DNA of 64,000 nucleotides from Thermoproteota archaeon (GTDB lineage Archaea; Korarchaeota; Korarchaeia; Korarchaeales; Korarchaeaceae), in the NCBI GenBank assembly GCA_027492205.1, contig JAOZFN010000007.1, forward strand, positions 11,978-75,977, written 5' to 3'. The notes under the pieces are model-generated. The model saw nothing but the letters and a program-made list of their open reading frames with translations, ran no database searches and had not been told where the DNA came from. This document shows, piece after piece, positions 1 to 9,692 of the stretch (position 1 is the first letter of the stretch; every line of letters begins with the position of its first letter). A program made the position numbers and the translations under genes.

Positions 1-1013
1 GAGACGCCGGCCAGCAGGTATCCCATCTGGGAGACGCTGGAGTACGCCAGCAGCCTCTTGAAGTCGTCCTGCGCCAGGGCCATCAGGCCGCCGTAGATTA
101 TGGTGAACAGGGCCAGCGGAAGCGTGTAGGGCGTCAGACTAGCGAACTCAAACGGGAAGAGCACGTACACTATCCTCACGAGCGCGTAGGCGGCTATCCC
201 GATCAGGTTGGGCGAGAGCAGGGCGGACACGGGAGTCGGCGCCTCGGCGTGGGCGTAGGGCAGCCAGATGTGAACGCCGAATATGGCCAGCTTCACGAAG
301 AGCCCTATGCAGAGCGCCACGACGGTGAGCATCCTGAGGCTCGTCGGCACGAGCTGGCCGAGGCCCATCATTGGAGTCAGAGCGGCGGGGTCGTAGTAGT
401 CGAAGGTCCCAGCGTGGAGGCCGACTATCAGCGCCCCGACCAGAAAGACTAGGGCACCGACGTGCGTCCAGATCAGGTAGAGCAGGGCTATCTTCTCCCT
501 GTTTCCGTACCCATAGAACGCTATCAGGAGGAAGCTCGGCAGGAGGGAGACCTCCAAGAACAGATAGAACTCCACGAGGTTTGTAGAGAGCACGGTGCCC
601 ATCATCGCGGCCGCGAACATGACGAACAGCATGTAGTAGACTCCCCAGCCGGGCGGAGTCTCCCCCTCGGCCTCGAACTCCTCGAACCTGTGCTGCATGT
701 ACCTCCATGAGTACACGGAGATCAGCGTGGTGACGAGGCCTATGGATATGGCCAGGGGAGCGCTGAGGGAGTCGAGCAGCATGCTGAAAGAGCCTATCGA
801 GTCGGCCTGGAAGAACACCGGGTCGGCAATTGGCTCGTCAACGCCCGCCGCCAACGCGAGGTGCGCGGTGAGTGCCGCGGGAATGGCCAGCAGCATCGTC
901 GCGAGCGCGGCTATCCCCTTTCCACCCAGCGCGTCCTCGAGGAGGGGCAGGATCAGAGATCCCAGAATCGGGATCAGGACGGCATAGAACATGTACGGTT
1001 GTTCCAGAACCAC
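1..1013 (-). CDS. nuoM: Complex I-like antiporter subunit, NuoM/MrpD family (3' end runs off the window)
   Basis: Absent from the ORF track; manual translation from GTG at 1013 gives a hydrophobic protein with VKLAIFGVHIWLPYAHAEAPTPVSALLS and DFKRLLAYSSVSQMGY motifs; follows nuoK. Confidence 0.85.
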   Translation of the reverse strand, partial: MVLEQPYMFYAVLIPILGSLILPLLEDALGGKGIAALATMLLAIPAALTAHLALAAGVDEPIADPVFFQADSIGSFSMLLDSLSAPLAISIGLVTTLISVYSWRYMQHRFEEFEAEGETPPGWGVYYMLFVMFAAAMMGTVLSTNLVEFYLFLEVSLLPSFLLIAFYGYGNREKIALLYLIWTHVGALVFLVGALIVGLHAGTFDYYDPAALTPMMGLGQLVPTSLRMLTVVALCIGLFVKLAIFGVHIWLPYAHAEAPTPVSALLSPNLIGIAAYALVRIVYVLFPFEFASLTPYTLPLALFTIIYGGLMALAQDDFKRLLAYSSVSQMGYLLAGV

Positions 1014-1019
1014 CTAAAC

Positions 1020-1328
1020 TCACCCCCTAGACTCGGTCAGCTCGAAAACGTCCAGGCTCCTCTTGACGCGGAACATGAGGATCGCTATGGAGACAACAAC
1101 TCCGACCTCCGCAGCGGCGAGAGATATTGCAAGGAGGGCCAACACTACTCCGGTGGGTTTAGACGCCGCTGAAGTGGAGGAGAAGCTTAAGAGTGCGAGA
1201 AGGGCTCCGTTAAACACGAGTTCAACTGAGATAAGCATTCTAATCAGGTTTCTTTTCGCTACAAGGCCGTACAGGCCGATTGCGGCTAAGACGAACGACA
1301 CAGAGAGATACCAATAGACCGTCGGCAT
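1020..1328 (-). CDS. nuoK: NADH-quinone oxidoreductase subunit K
   Basis: 3 TM helices; RNLIRMLISVEL and AAAEVGV motifs. Confidence 0.93.
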   Translation of the reverse strand: MPTVYWYLSVSFVLAAIGLYGLVAKRNLIRMLISVELVFNGALLALLSFSSTSAASKPTGVVLALLAISLAAAEVGVVVSIAILMFRVKRSLDVFELTESRG

Positions 1329-1331
1329 ACC

Positions 1332-1820
1332 TCACACCTCCCTCCTAGCCAGAGTTATCGCCTCGATGAGGGTCGTGGCCATAGAGAGAATCGATAGCAG
1401 GAGAGCAAACCAGTACTTGTCGACGACCAGCCTCGTGAGTTCCTCCATCTCGACTGCCTGCGTCTGCGGGAAGATGCCTGAGAAGCTGTGGAACGTTACC
1501 AAGAGTGCGGCCGCAATCAGCGCTATCGTGACCGCAGCGAATTCCTTAAGCGGTACCGGCGGCTCTGGTACATCTTTGAACATGACTACCGAGAAGAGGA
1601 TAAATGTCACGGCAGAGCCGACGTAGACGGTTAGCTGAAACACAGCTACGAGCGGATATCCGAGGAGAGCAAAGAAGACCGCATTCGCGGTGCCTAAGAC
1701 ATCCAAGAAGAAGGCTGCGTACACAAGAGACCTGTGGCTGACCACCAGGATGGCCGAGGCGACGGCCAGCGCGGACGTCGCGAAGAACACGAGAGAGGTC
1801 AGGTCAATCGGCAGGCTCAT
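1332..1820 (-). CDS. nuoJ: NADH-quinone oxidoreductase subunit J
   Basis: Multi-TM; FQLTVYVGSAVTFILF motif; operon position. Confidence 0.9.
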   Translation of the reverse strand: MSLPIDLTSLVFFATSALAVASAILVVSHRSLVYAAFFLDVLGTANAVFFALLGYPLVAVFQLTVYVGSAVTFILFSVVMFKDVPEPPVPLKEFAAVTIALIAAALLVTFHSFSGIFPQTQAVEMEELTRLVVDKYWFALLLSILSMATTLIEAITLARREV

Positions 1821-2331
1821 AGGCTATCCCCCTCCTCTCGTCCATCGTGGGCCTGAGCCGCCTGGGCGGCGTATCGAACTCCGGCTTTGGCGGGCCCGCA
1901 GCGAACTCCCCCGGCGGGTAGATCATGGAGTTGAAGTCCTCGTAGGCGACGTCGTGGGTTTCCACGTGCTCGAGCGCCCCGGTGGGACACACGTCGACGC
2001 AGAACCCGCAGAAGATGCACCTGGTATAGTTTATCCCGGGGTACCTCTTCGGCTTGACCTCCTCCGCCGGCGCCTCCTCGCCCGGCTCCGCCGCGCGCTC
2101 AACGTACATCTTCATGGCGTTCGCAGGGCACACGGTCGCGCAGAGTCCGCAGCTTATGCAGATGTCCTTCTTGTATTCGATGAATCCCCTGTATCCCTCA
2201 GGAAGCTCTATGACCTCCTCCGGATATCTGACGGTCGCCCTCGGCGTGATGAGGTACTTGGCGCCGGTGAGTATGGCGTCCAGATGTCCCTTGAGCCTGA
2301 ATACCGGTGAACTCCACCTCCTGTCGGTCAT
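1804..2331 (-). CDS. nuoI: NADH-quinone oxidoreductase subunit I (2x[4Fe-4S])
   Basis: CISCGLCATVCP and CIFCGFCVDVCP; TVRYPEE; start set at MTDRRW. Confidence 0.93.
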   Translation of the reverse strand: MTDRRWSSPVFRLKGHLDAILTGAKYLITPRATVRYPEEVIELPEGYRGFIEYKKDICISCGLCATVCPANAMKMYVERAAEPGEEAPAEEVKPKRYPGINYTRCIFCGFCVDVCPTGALEHVETHDVAYEDFNSMIYPPGEFAAGPPKPEFDTPPRRLRPTMDERRGIAYEPAD

Positions 2332-3353
2332 ATCGACCACCCCGAGAGGACCAAGAGCGAGAGGAACACCGAGAGGATGGACGCCGGGAAGAGGTAGTGC
2401 CACGCCAGCCTCAGGGCCTGATCGATCCTGTAGCGTGGGTAGACGGCTCTCATGAAGACGGAGAGGCACATTATCACCAGCGCCTTGAGGAACAGCACCG
2501 CGCCCGGCAGGATGAGCCAGCTCCCCGGGAACTCGAGGGGCGGCAGCGGCTCCCACCCGCCGAGGAAGAGTATCGCGAAGAGGAGGCTCAGCACGTAGAG
2601 CTTGACGTATGAGGCGCCCATCGTAAGGCCGTACAGTATCCCGCTGTACTCGGTGAACGGACCCATGACGATCTCGCTTTCAGCCTCCACTATCTCGAAG
2701 GGGAACCTGGAGGTCGAGAGCAGCATCAGCACGAAGAACGTCACCGCGGCCAGCGGGTTCAGCGCGATCCCCCAGAGCCACTCTGACTGCAGCTCGACCA
2801 TCCTGACGAGGTCCATGGTCCCGTACAGGACGGCCATGGCCAGGGCTGAGACGAACATGGGTATCTCGTCGGCGGTGATCAGGAAGCCCTCTCTCAGGCC
2901 GCCTATCAGGCCGAACTTGTTGTTGCTTCCCCACCCTATCACCAGGTTGAACGCCGGCGCTAGGGTGTTGAGCCCCAAGACCACGAGGAGGGATATCTCG
3001 CTCCTGAACGCGTAGAAGTCGTAGCTTATCGGTATGGCGATGGCAGCTATGTAAGAGGAGGCGAACAGGAGGATGGGGCCGAAGATGAATGCCAGCCTGT
3101 CGGCCTGATCTGGAACGATGGGCTCGGCGAACAGGTACCTCAGGAGGTCGGCCACCAGCTGAATGGCCCCTCCAAGCCGCTTCAGCACGTACAGCGGCCC
3201 GTACCTGAGCTGAACCTTGGCGGCAAGCTTCCTCTCGAACCATATGATGAAGAGAAGCACGGCGAACGCTGAGATGAGTCCGGGGTAGATCAGGGGAACG
3301 AACAGCCAGGGAGAGAGCAGGAGGTCCAGAATCCACTCCAGCAGGCCCATCAT
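2328..3353 (-). CDS. nuoH: NADH-quinone oxidoreductase subunit H
   Basis: ERKLAAKVQLRYGP, RFPFEIVEAESEIVMGPFTEYSG, PRYRIDQ. Confidence 0.95.
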   Translation of the reverse strand: MMGLLEWILDLLLSPWLFVPLIYPGLISAFAVLLFIIWFERKLAAKVQLRYGPLYVLKRLGGAIQLVADLLRYLFAEPIVPDQADRLAFIFGPILLFASSYIAAIAIPISYDFYAFRSEISLLVVLGLNTLAPAFNLVIGWGSNNKFGLIGGLREGFLITADEIPMFVSALAMAVLYGTMDLVRMVELQSEWLWGIALNPLAAVTFFVLMLLSTSRFPFEIVEAESEIVMGPFTEYSGILYGLTMGASYVKLYVLSLLFAILFLGGWEPLPPLEFPGSWLILPGAVLFLKALVIMCLSVFMRAVYPRYRIDQALRLAWHYLFPASILSVFLSLLVLSGWSI

Positions 3354-4519
3354 CGATCAGCCTCCGGCGGGAAGTAATCCAGACTCCCGTAGATGGCGGG
3401 AATGTCGGCCACCCTGCAGTTCCTGATGAGGTGCTCGAACAGGACGACGTTCCTTATGGAGGGAGACACGACCCTGAACCTGTACGGCTTCGGAGACCCG
3501 TCGCTCACGATGTAGTAGACGGCCTCCCCCCTCGCGGCCTCCACCCTGGCGACTGCCTCGCCCTTTGGGGGTCTCAGGGATATAAGGGCCGCGGGGAGCT
3601 TTATCCTGCGGTGCTGGGCCATCCATTCCTTCCACTTCGGCGGTATCATCTTCAGGTATCTCTCCTCCAGGATCGGCCCGTCGGGCATCTTCTTCAGGAT
3701 CTGCCTGATCATGTTGATGCTCTCCCTGATCTCCCCGACCCTGACCATCATCCTGGCGAGCGAGTCCCCCTCCTCGCGGGTGACCACGTTGAAGTCCAGC
3801 TCGGGGTACGCGCAGTAGGGATCGACCTTCCTAACGTCGTACGGGACGCCCGACGCCCTCAGGTTCGGGCCAACTATCCCCAGCCTGATGGCGTCCTCCC
3901 TCCTCAGGACCCCGACCCCCTCCAGCCTGGCCCTGGTGACGGGGTTGTCGAAGAAGATCTTGTGGTAGTCCGGGATCCTCCTCTCGAGGTAGCGAAGGGC
4001 CTTATCCATCTCATCCTCGAAGCCCGGCGGCAGGTCTCTCCTGACGCCCCCGGGTATCATGTAGGAGTACGTGAGCCTGGCCCCGGTGAGCCTCTGGGCC
4101 AGCTCGATCATGATTTCCCTGTCCCAGAAGGCCCACATGAAGGCGGTGGAGGAGCCCAGCATTATCCCGTGGATTCCGAGCCCGTAGAAGTGGCTGTGGA
4201 TCCTCGTCATCTCCGCCAGGAGCGTCCTCAGCCACTGGGCCCTGGGCGGGGCCTCGATCCCCAGGAGCCTCTCGAGGGCGAGGACGTATCCCAGGTTGTG
4301 GTTGGCCGTGTCCGCCAGGGGAGGCCTCTCGATCAGGGGGATGATCTGTATGTAGTTCTTCGTCTCGGCCAGCTTCTCCACCGTCCTGTGGACGTACCCT
4401 ATGTCCGGCCTGAGGCTCACCACCACGTCCCCGTCGACCTTCGCCACGAGCCTCATGTGGCCGGACGCCGGGTGCTGGGGCCCTATCAGGAGTTCCAGAA
4501 CGTGTTCCTCCTCGCTCAT
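3350..4519 (-). CDS. nuoD: NADH-quinone oxidoreductase subunit D
   Basis: GPQHPASGHMRL, GYVHRTVEK; no NiFe CxxC pairs, so not a hydrogenase large subunit; start MSEEEH. Confidence 0.95.
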   Translation of the reverse strand: MSEEEHVLELLIGPQHPASGHMRLVAKVDGDVVVSLRPDIGYVHRTVEKLAETKNYIQIIPLIERPPLADTANHNLGYVLALERLLGIEAPPRAQWLRTLLAEMTRIHSHFYGLGIHGIMLGSSTAFMWAFWDREIMIELAQRLTGARLTYSYMIPGGVRRDLPPGFEDEMDKALRYLERRIPDYHKIFFDNPVTRARLEGVGVLRREDAIRLGIVGPNLRASGVPYDVRKVDPYCAYPELDFNVVTREEGDSLARMMVRVGEIRESINMIRQILKKMPDGPILEERYLKMIPPKWKEWMAQHRRIKLPAALISLRPPKGEAVARVEAARGEAVYYIVSDGSPKPYRFRVVSPSIRNVVLFEHLIRNCRVADIPAIYGSLDYFPPEADR

Positions 4520-5034
4520 GCGTTGATCCCCTCCACCTTCACCTTGAAGTCCTTCCTGAGCGGCGGGACGCCCTCGTAGCTCTCGGGCAGGAGCAGGCTC
4601 CTCGGGTCGGGGTGCCCCGAGAAGTGAATGCCGAGCATCTCCCTCTGCTCCATCTCGTGGTACTTCACGCTGGGCCACACGTCATACAGGGAGGGCGTCT
4701 CCGGATTGTCCCGCGGGAGGGTGGTCCTTAGGGCGACGATCCACTTTGACAGCCTCGGATCGAGGTAGGATGACACGTGGTAGACGAGCTCAATCTCGCC
4801 CGAGTCCGGGCGGTCTATGCCCGTGACCGCCTTGACGTGATCGAAGCCCGCGGCCTTCAGCCTCTCCGCGGCCTCCTTGAGGCGGTCAGGAGGGACCTTG
4901 ACCGACACCGCGCCCCTCGCAGAGGATATCTCGGGTGACAGCCCCTCCAGCACCTCGCCGAGGAGGGTCTCTATCTCCCCGGGGGGCGCGGCCTCGGCCT
5001 TCCCCTGAACCTGAGACTCAGACTTTGAGGCCAA
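4516..5034 (-). CDS. nuoC: NADH-quinone oxidoreductase subunit C
   Basis: EMEQREMLGIHFSGHPDPR...PLRKDF; start approximate (TTG). Confidence 0.92.
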   Translation of the reverse strand: MASKSESQVQGKAEAAPPGEIETLLGEVLEGLSPEISSARGAVSVKVPPDRLKEAAERLKAAGFDHVKAVTGIDRPDSGEIELVYHVSSYLDPRLSKWIVALRTTLPRDNPETPSLYDVWPSVKYHEMEQREMLGIHFSGHPDPRSLLLPESYEGVPPLRKDFKVKVEGINA

Positions 5035-5542
5035 TGGCCTCACCCCTCCTGATCCTCTTCTGGAGCTTGATCACCGCCCTCGCCACTGCCTCCGGCCTCG
5101 GGGGGCATCCGGGGATGAACACCTCGACCGGGAGGATGTCCTTCGGCCGGACTATGTTGTAGCTGTTCCAGAAGATTCCGCCGTCGATCGCACAAGCCCC
5201 CATGGCGATGACGAACTTGGGTTCCGGCATCTGCTCGTAGACCCAGATGGCCGCGTCGGCCATCTTCTTGGTGAGGGTTCCCTCGATCAGCATGAGGTTG
5301 CACTGCCTGGGGGCCACGAAGGGCAGGAATCCGAACCGCTCCGCGTCGAACCTGGGCGCAGAGGCGGCGGCGAACTCGGCCCCGCAGCATGCGGTGGTGA
5401 AGTGGACGGGCCACAGAGAGAATGCGATCCCCCAGTCCCGAAGTGAGCGGATGGGCGTCCTCTCCACGAGCCACCTGGCCGCCTTCCTGGCGGTCCTCTC
5501 GAGGTCTCCCAACCACATGGACCCGCTTATTCCACAGACCAT
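5018..5542 (-). CDS. nuoB: NADH-quinone oxidoreductase subunit B
   Basis: TACCGAEF, MGACAIDGG, PGCPPRPE; start may be 5518. Confidence 0.95.
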   Translation of the reverse strand: MVCGISGSMWLGDLERTARKAARWLVERTPIRSLRDWGIAFSLWPVHFTTACCGAEFAAASAPRFDAERFGFLPFVAPRQCNLMLIEGTLTKKMADAAIWVYEQMPEPKFVIAMGACAIDGGIFWNSYNIVRPKDILPVEVFIPGCPPRPEAVARAVIKLQKRIRRGEAIGLKV

Positions 5543-5913
5543 AGCTCAATCCTCCCGGCAAGCCTCAGACCGAATATCAGGGGCGGGATTAGCATCAGGA
5601 CTATGGCGCCCAAGATTCCGGCCACAGCCACGGTGCGGGTGTGGGCCGCCAGGGCCACCAAGAAGCCGTAGATGGCCACCGGCTCCACCGTCAGGAAGAC
5701 TATGAGGTACGGGTAGTACTGCATGGTGAATATGCCCCTTGCCCTTCCCTTGGGCGGGTTTCCGCACTCGTATCTCAGCCTCTTCTTGGGGAGTTCCCTC
5801 GTGGGAGCCAGCAGCTTTCCGAGGATGTACCCGATGACACCTATACCTACCCCAACAAGGAGAGCCACTATGAACGTCAAGATGGCGCTTGAGCCAATCG
5901 GTATCGGAGGCAT
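5527..5913 (-). CDS. nuoA: NADH-quinone oxidoreductase subunit A
   Basis: 3 TM; RYECGNPP, QYYPYLIVFL; AT-rich TATA-like tract at ~5944-5958. Confidence 0.92.
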   Translation of the reverse strand: MPPIPIGSSAILTFIVALLVGVGIGVIGYILGKLLAPTRELPKKRLRYECGNPPKGRARGIFTMQYYPYLIVFLTVEPVAIYGFLVALAAHTRTVAVAGILGAIVLMLIPPLIFGLRLAGRIELWSVE

Positions 5914-6153
5914 GGCCTGCCCCGGCTCCCGCCGTGGGTCAACTATAAAACATTTTAACAGGAGCATCGAAAGGCTTGCCTGCAGTCCTGTTTTCTAGAT
6001 GTGAGTAGAGAGATGTGGAGTTTCGGCGATTGACCTGGATTTAACCTCTGCTGGTTAAAATGTGCTCAGGAGAAATCCCAATAGATGCCAAACAGCGCCT
6101 TTAGAAGCTACCAGCTGATACGGGATCCAAAAAGGAGGGTTGAGTGGGCGCGA

Positions 6154-6984
6154 TCACAGCTCTGTGACCTTGAGCAGGGCCCACCCTCCGCCCGGATACT
6201 CCGTCTTGGCGTAGACCACTACCCAGAGGCCCCCTCCGAGGTCCCCCACATCGACCGTCACCTTTGAGACCCTGCTGTAGTCTTGGTTGCCGGGAAGCGG
6301 AACCGCCACGAACCTCCAGATGTGCATGCTCCTACCGCCCACGCTCTTGGTGCCCAGATCGCTCCAGGAGACCTGCCACCCTGCCCGCTCGGCAGACACC
6401 ACCTCCGCAGCTATCCCCTCAGTGGACAGAACGGGGAACAGGGCGGAGCTGAGCAACGCGGTGCCAGCCTGCTCCGCGAGCGGTCCCGTGATGACGGTTC
6501 CGTCGGGCATCTGCAGCTGAACGATCCTGCAGGCGGCTGTGTCGATCCAGAAGTACCCCGTCTGCTCCTCAACGTCGCTGCCTCGGCCCGTTATCCCGAT
6601 CTTTGGGGCCTGAACGCCCCCCACGTTCTCCCGACCCTCAACCGAGTATGAGACCTCCAGCCAGGTTCCGTTGGAGTCCTCGTACCTCCAGCCCCTCCGC
6701 TGGACCACCTCCACGAGGTCGCACAGCGTATCCTCGCGGGCCAGTCTGACGTCCGGCCGATGGGCTTCCGGTGGTTGCGTGGTCTCCGGCGGGTTCGTGG
6801 TCGGGGCAGCCGTGGTCTCAGGCGGTTGAGAGGTGGATGGCGGGACCGTGGTGTGCTGTGTGGTTGTTGGCGCCGGAGTGGTTTCCTTGGGGGCCGATCC
6901 GTGCTCACCGGTGGGAACCAGCAGCGCTGCCGCCGCGGCGACGATTACCACCGCAGCGACCACGGCGAGATAAGTCTTTTCCAA
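6154..6984 (-). CDS. Secreted or membrane-anchored protein with Thr/Pro-rich linker
   Basis: N-terminal hydrophobic anchor, PPETT-type repeats, beta-rich C-terminal domain; start (TTG) inferred. Confidence 0.7.
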   Translation of the reverse strand: MEKTYLAVVAAVVIVAAAAALLVPTGEHGSAPKETTPAPTTTQHTTVPPSTSQPPETTAAPTTNPPETTQPPEAHRPDVRLAREDTLCDLVEVVQRRGWRYEDSNGTWLEVSYSVEGRENVGGVQAPKIGITGRGSDVEEQTGYFWIDTAACRIVQLQMPDGTVITGPLAEQAGTALLSSALFPVLSTEGIAAEVVSAERAGWQVSWSDLGTKSVGGRSMHIWRFVAVPLPGNQDYSRVSKVTVDVGDLGGGLWVVVYAKTEYPGGGWALLKVTEL

Positions 6985-7099
6985 GAACTTGCACCTCCTA
7001 AGGCCAGTGCACCGTCCCGCCGGGGGGGCGGGATAAAAGGAGCCGGGTTCGAATTCCGAACCCAAGAAAGCTGTGGGGGCGGCCCGCCCACCCAGTCGC

Positions 7100-7996
7100 T
7101 CAGCCGCCCCTCCTCAGGTGCCTCGATATGGCCCTCAGGATGTACATCATCTGGCGCAGTGTCTGCCTGGCTCCCTCCTCGTCTCCAGCCTGAACCTGGC
7201 TCTTGAACTGCGAGAGAAGCTCCTGCAGACGCACCCGCACCTGGGCTACTCGCGCGGCAGCGTCCGTCCTGTTGGCCTGGATGAGCCTCTGCTCGACCTC
7301 CTCGAGCTTCGATATGGTCCTCTCAACCAACTCCACGATCTTATCGGCTCTCTCGGTCACGTTCACGTCACCGGTCTGCCTGACAATTTCCCTGATCTTC
7401 TCGACGACCCTGACGAGTATCTTGTGGGCCCCGGCCAGCTTCTGGGCGGCCGCGACCGGGTGGCCCTCCTCCAGCAGGGACTGAGCCTCGCCCAGGAGGG
7501 AGGAGGCGGTTGCCAGCGCGCCCCTGAGATCTGTCACGTCCACCCCGAACTTCTCCAACCTGCTGACCGCGATCGACAGCCTTCGAAGCAGCCTCCTGTT
7601 CCTCTCTATTCCGGCGGCCACCCTCCTGGCTATGGGAACGCTGGGAGCCTCGCCCACCCCCCTGAGGGCCTCCATTATGGTGTTGAAGGCGTCCCTCACC
7701 CTCTCCCCCGCCAGACCGAGGTTGCCGGACTGGTAGGCCTCGCGCGCCTCCTGGATTAGTGAGTCGGCCTCCTGAACCGCCGACTCTACGGCCTGGGCCT
7801 CCTCGACCCTTCCCTCCTCGCGGAGCTCCTCCGCGCGGTTGAGGGCGTAGGACCTGAGTCTGGAGTACTCCTTCAGTATCTTTGGGATCACCCTGCCAGA
7901 TGCGGAGGGGTCGGCCGAGGCGAGGGTCATGAAGGTCCCGCCGGCCGCGAGCACCACTAGGGCGAGCGCCATGGCGGCCTTCGTGGTCACGATCAT
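7100..7996 (-). CDS. Secreted alpha-helical/coiled-coil hypothetical protein
   Basis: Signal peptide then repeated amphipathic Ala/Glu/Arg helices. Confidence 0.7.
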   Translation of the reverse strand: MIVTTKAAMALALVVLAAGGTFMTLASADPSASGRVIPKILKEYSRLRSYALNRAEELREEGRVEEAQAVESAVQEADSLIQEAREAYQSGNLGLAGERVRDAFNTIMEALRGVGEAPSVPIARRVAAGIERNRRLLRRLSIAVSRLEKFGVDVTDLRGALATASSLLGEAQSLLEEGHPVAAAQKLAGAHKILVRVVEKIREIVRQTGDVNVTERADKIVELVERTISKLEEVEQRLIQANRTDAAARVAQVRVRLQELLSQFKSQVQAGDEEGARQTLRQMMYILRAISRHLRRGG

Positions 7997-8087
7997 CACA
8001 CCACCACCCGGCTCACTGGGCCGACGGTGAGGACATAACGAACTCGCCTGAAACGGGTTGGAACGGCGCGGAACGGGTAGGGAAGGA

Positions 8088-9341
8088 TCACAGCTTCCAG
8101 CTCTCAATGTATCTCCTCTGTTCCTCGGTCAACTCATCTATCCGAATGCCCATTGACTCCAGCTTGATCCTGGCAACTCTCTCGTCAATCTCCCTCGGCA
8201 GGAGGTGCACGCCGGGGTTCAGATCTCTCCCCCTCCTGGCGAGGTACTCGACCGCGAGGGCCTGGAGTGAGAAGCTCATGTCCATTATCTCCGCCGGGTG
8301 CCCGTCCGCGCACACCAGGTTGACGAGCCTCCCCTCCCCCAGAAGGTAGAGCCTCCTGCCGTCTGACATCTCGTACTCCGTCACGCACGGCCTGACCCGC
8401 CTCTTCCGAGCCGCGGCGGACTCCAGGTCCTCGACCGACACCTCCACGTTGAAGTGCCCAGCGTTCGCCAGGATTGCGCCGTCCTTCATGACCCTGAAGT
8501 GCTCCGCCGTGATCACGTCCACGTCCCCCGTGGCCGTCACGAAGATGTCGCCCACCCTGGCGGCCTCGGACATGGGCATGACCTCGAACCCGTCCATGGC
8601 GGCCTCCAAGGCCCTTATCGGATCCACCTCCGTGACAATCACCCTGGCGCCGAGGCCGCGGGCCCTCATCGCGATTCCCCTGCCCACCCATCCGTAGCCG
8701 GCCACGACCACGCTCTTGCCCGCTATCAGGAGGTTGGTGGCCCTCATGATGCCGTCCCAGGTCGACTGCCCCGTCCCGTACCTGTTGTCGAAGAGGTACT
8801 TGCAGAGGGCGTCGTTCACAGCCACGACCGGGATCCTGAGCGCCCCCTCCCTCTCCATCGCCCTGAGCCTGATCACCCCTGTGGTGGTCTCTTCGGTGGC
8901 GCCCACCACCCCGTCGAGGAGCTCGGTCCTGTGAGAGTGCAGACGGGCTATCATGTCGGCTCCGTCGTCTATCACCAGGTCGGGCCGCACGTCGAGGGCC
9001 CTGTCTATGTTCTCGAAGTACTCCTCATCCGTCTCACCCCTCCAGGCGAACACCCTCACCCCCTCCTCGGCCAGGGCGGCGGCGACGTCGTCCTGGGTCG
9101 TGAGCGGGTTGCTCGCGGCCAGGCTCACCTCGGCGCCCGCCTGCTGCAGGGTTAAGGCCAGAAAGGCCGTCTTCATCTCCACGTGGAGGCACGCGGCCAC
9201 CTTCAGGCCCTCGAGCGGCCTCTCCTCCCTGAACCTCTCGCCGATCCTGCGCAGGACGGGCATGAACCTGGAGACCCAATTGATCTTCTCCGCGCCCGAG
9301 GGGGCGAGAGAGATGTCCCGGACCCTATAGCCGGTGTCCAT
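8088..9341 (-). CDS. ahcY: S-adenosylhomocysteine hydrolase
   Basis: [44 protein letters not shown]. Confidence 0.97.
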   Translation of the reverse strand: MDTGYRVRDISLAPSGAEKINWVSRFMPVLRRIGERFREERPLEGLKVAACLHVEMKTAFLALTLQQAGAEVSLAASNPLTTQDDVAAALAEEGVRVFAWRGETDEEYFENIDRALDVRPDLVIDDGADMIARLHSHRTELLDGVVGATEETTTGVIRLRAMEREGALRIPVVAVNDALCKYLFDNRYGTGQSTWDGIMRATNLLIAGKSVVVAGYGWVGRGIAMRARGLGARVIVTEVDPIRALEAAMDGFEVMPMSEAARVGDIFVTATGDVDVITAEHFRVMKDGAILANAGHFNVEVSVEDLESAAARKRRVRPCVTEYEMSDGRRLYLLGEGRLVNLVCADGHPAEIMDMSFSLQALAVEYLARRGRDLNPGVHLLPREIDERVARIKLESMGIRIDELTEEQRRYIESWKL

Positions 9342-9428
9342 CGGTATTCGCTTCGCGGCGGATCGATTACTACTTTTCCGCGCGGGGCCGAGAACCCTTT
9401 ATCACGTTCGTCGTCCACGCGGACCCGG

Positions 9429-9689
9429 GTGGTTTCGGCGGACGGGCCGAAGTCCGAGGAGAGGGACCTGGGCAGGAAGCCAGTGAAGAGGGCGAGCGAG
9501 GTTGCGATGGACGAGTACGCCAGGATAAGGGATCAGGTGGACTACGCGGTCAGGCCCTTCATCAAGATAAGGGTCTACATGCCGGAGGGGATCTCCGAGG
9601 ATGAGTTTAAGTCCTTGGAGGGCGACGAGGAGTTCGAGAAGAGGGTCGAGAGGCTCGCCCTCGAGTATCTCCTGTCCAGGAGGAAGTAG
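9429..9689 (+). CDS. Small hypothetical protein
   Basis: Typical codon usage; ends 3 bp before the permease; start GTG 9429 or ATG 9507. Confidence 0.55.
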   Translation: MVSADGPKSEERDLGRKPVKRASEVAMDEYARIRDQVDYAVRPFIKIRVYMPEGISEDEFKSLEGDEEFEKRVERLALEYLLSRRK

Positions 9690-9692
9690 GAC

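Noticed and set aside
3350-5542. Group 4 [NiFe] hydrogenase (Mbh/Ech)
   Set aside because: The large subunit lacks both CxxC nickel-binding motifs; NuoA/J/K organisation indicates a complex I-like enzyme.
6760-6890. Short tandem-like repeats
   Set aside because: They encode the Thr/Pro linker (PPETT) of a surface protein and are not a DNA-level element.
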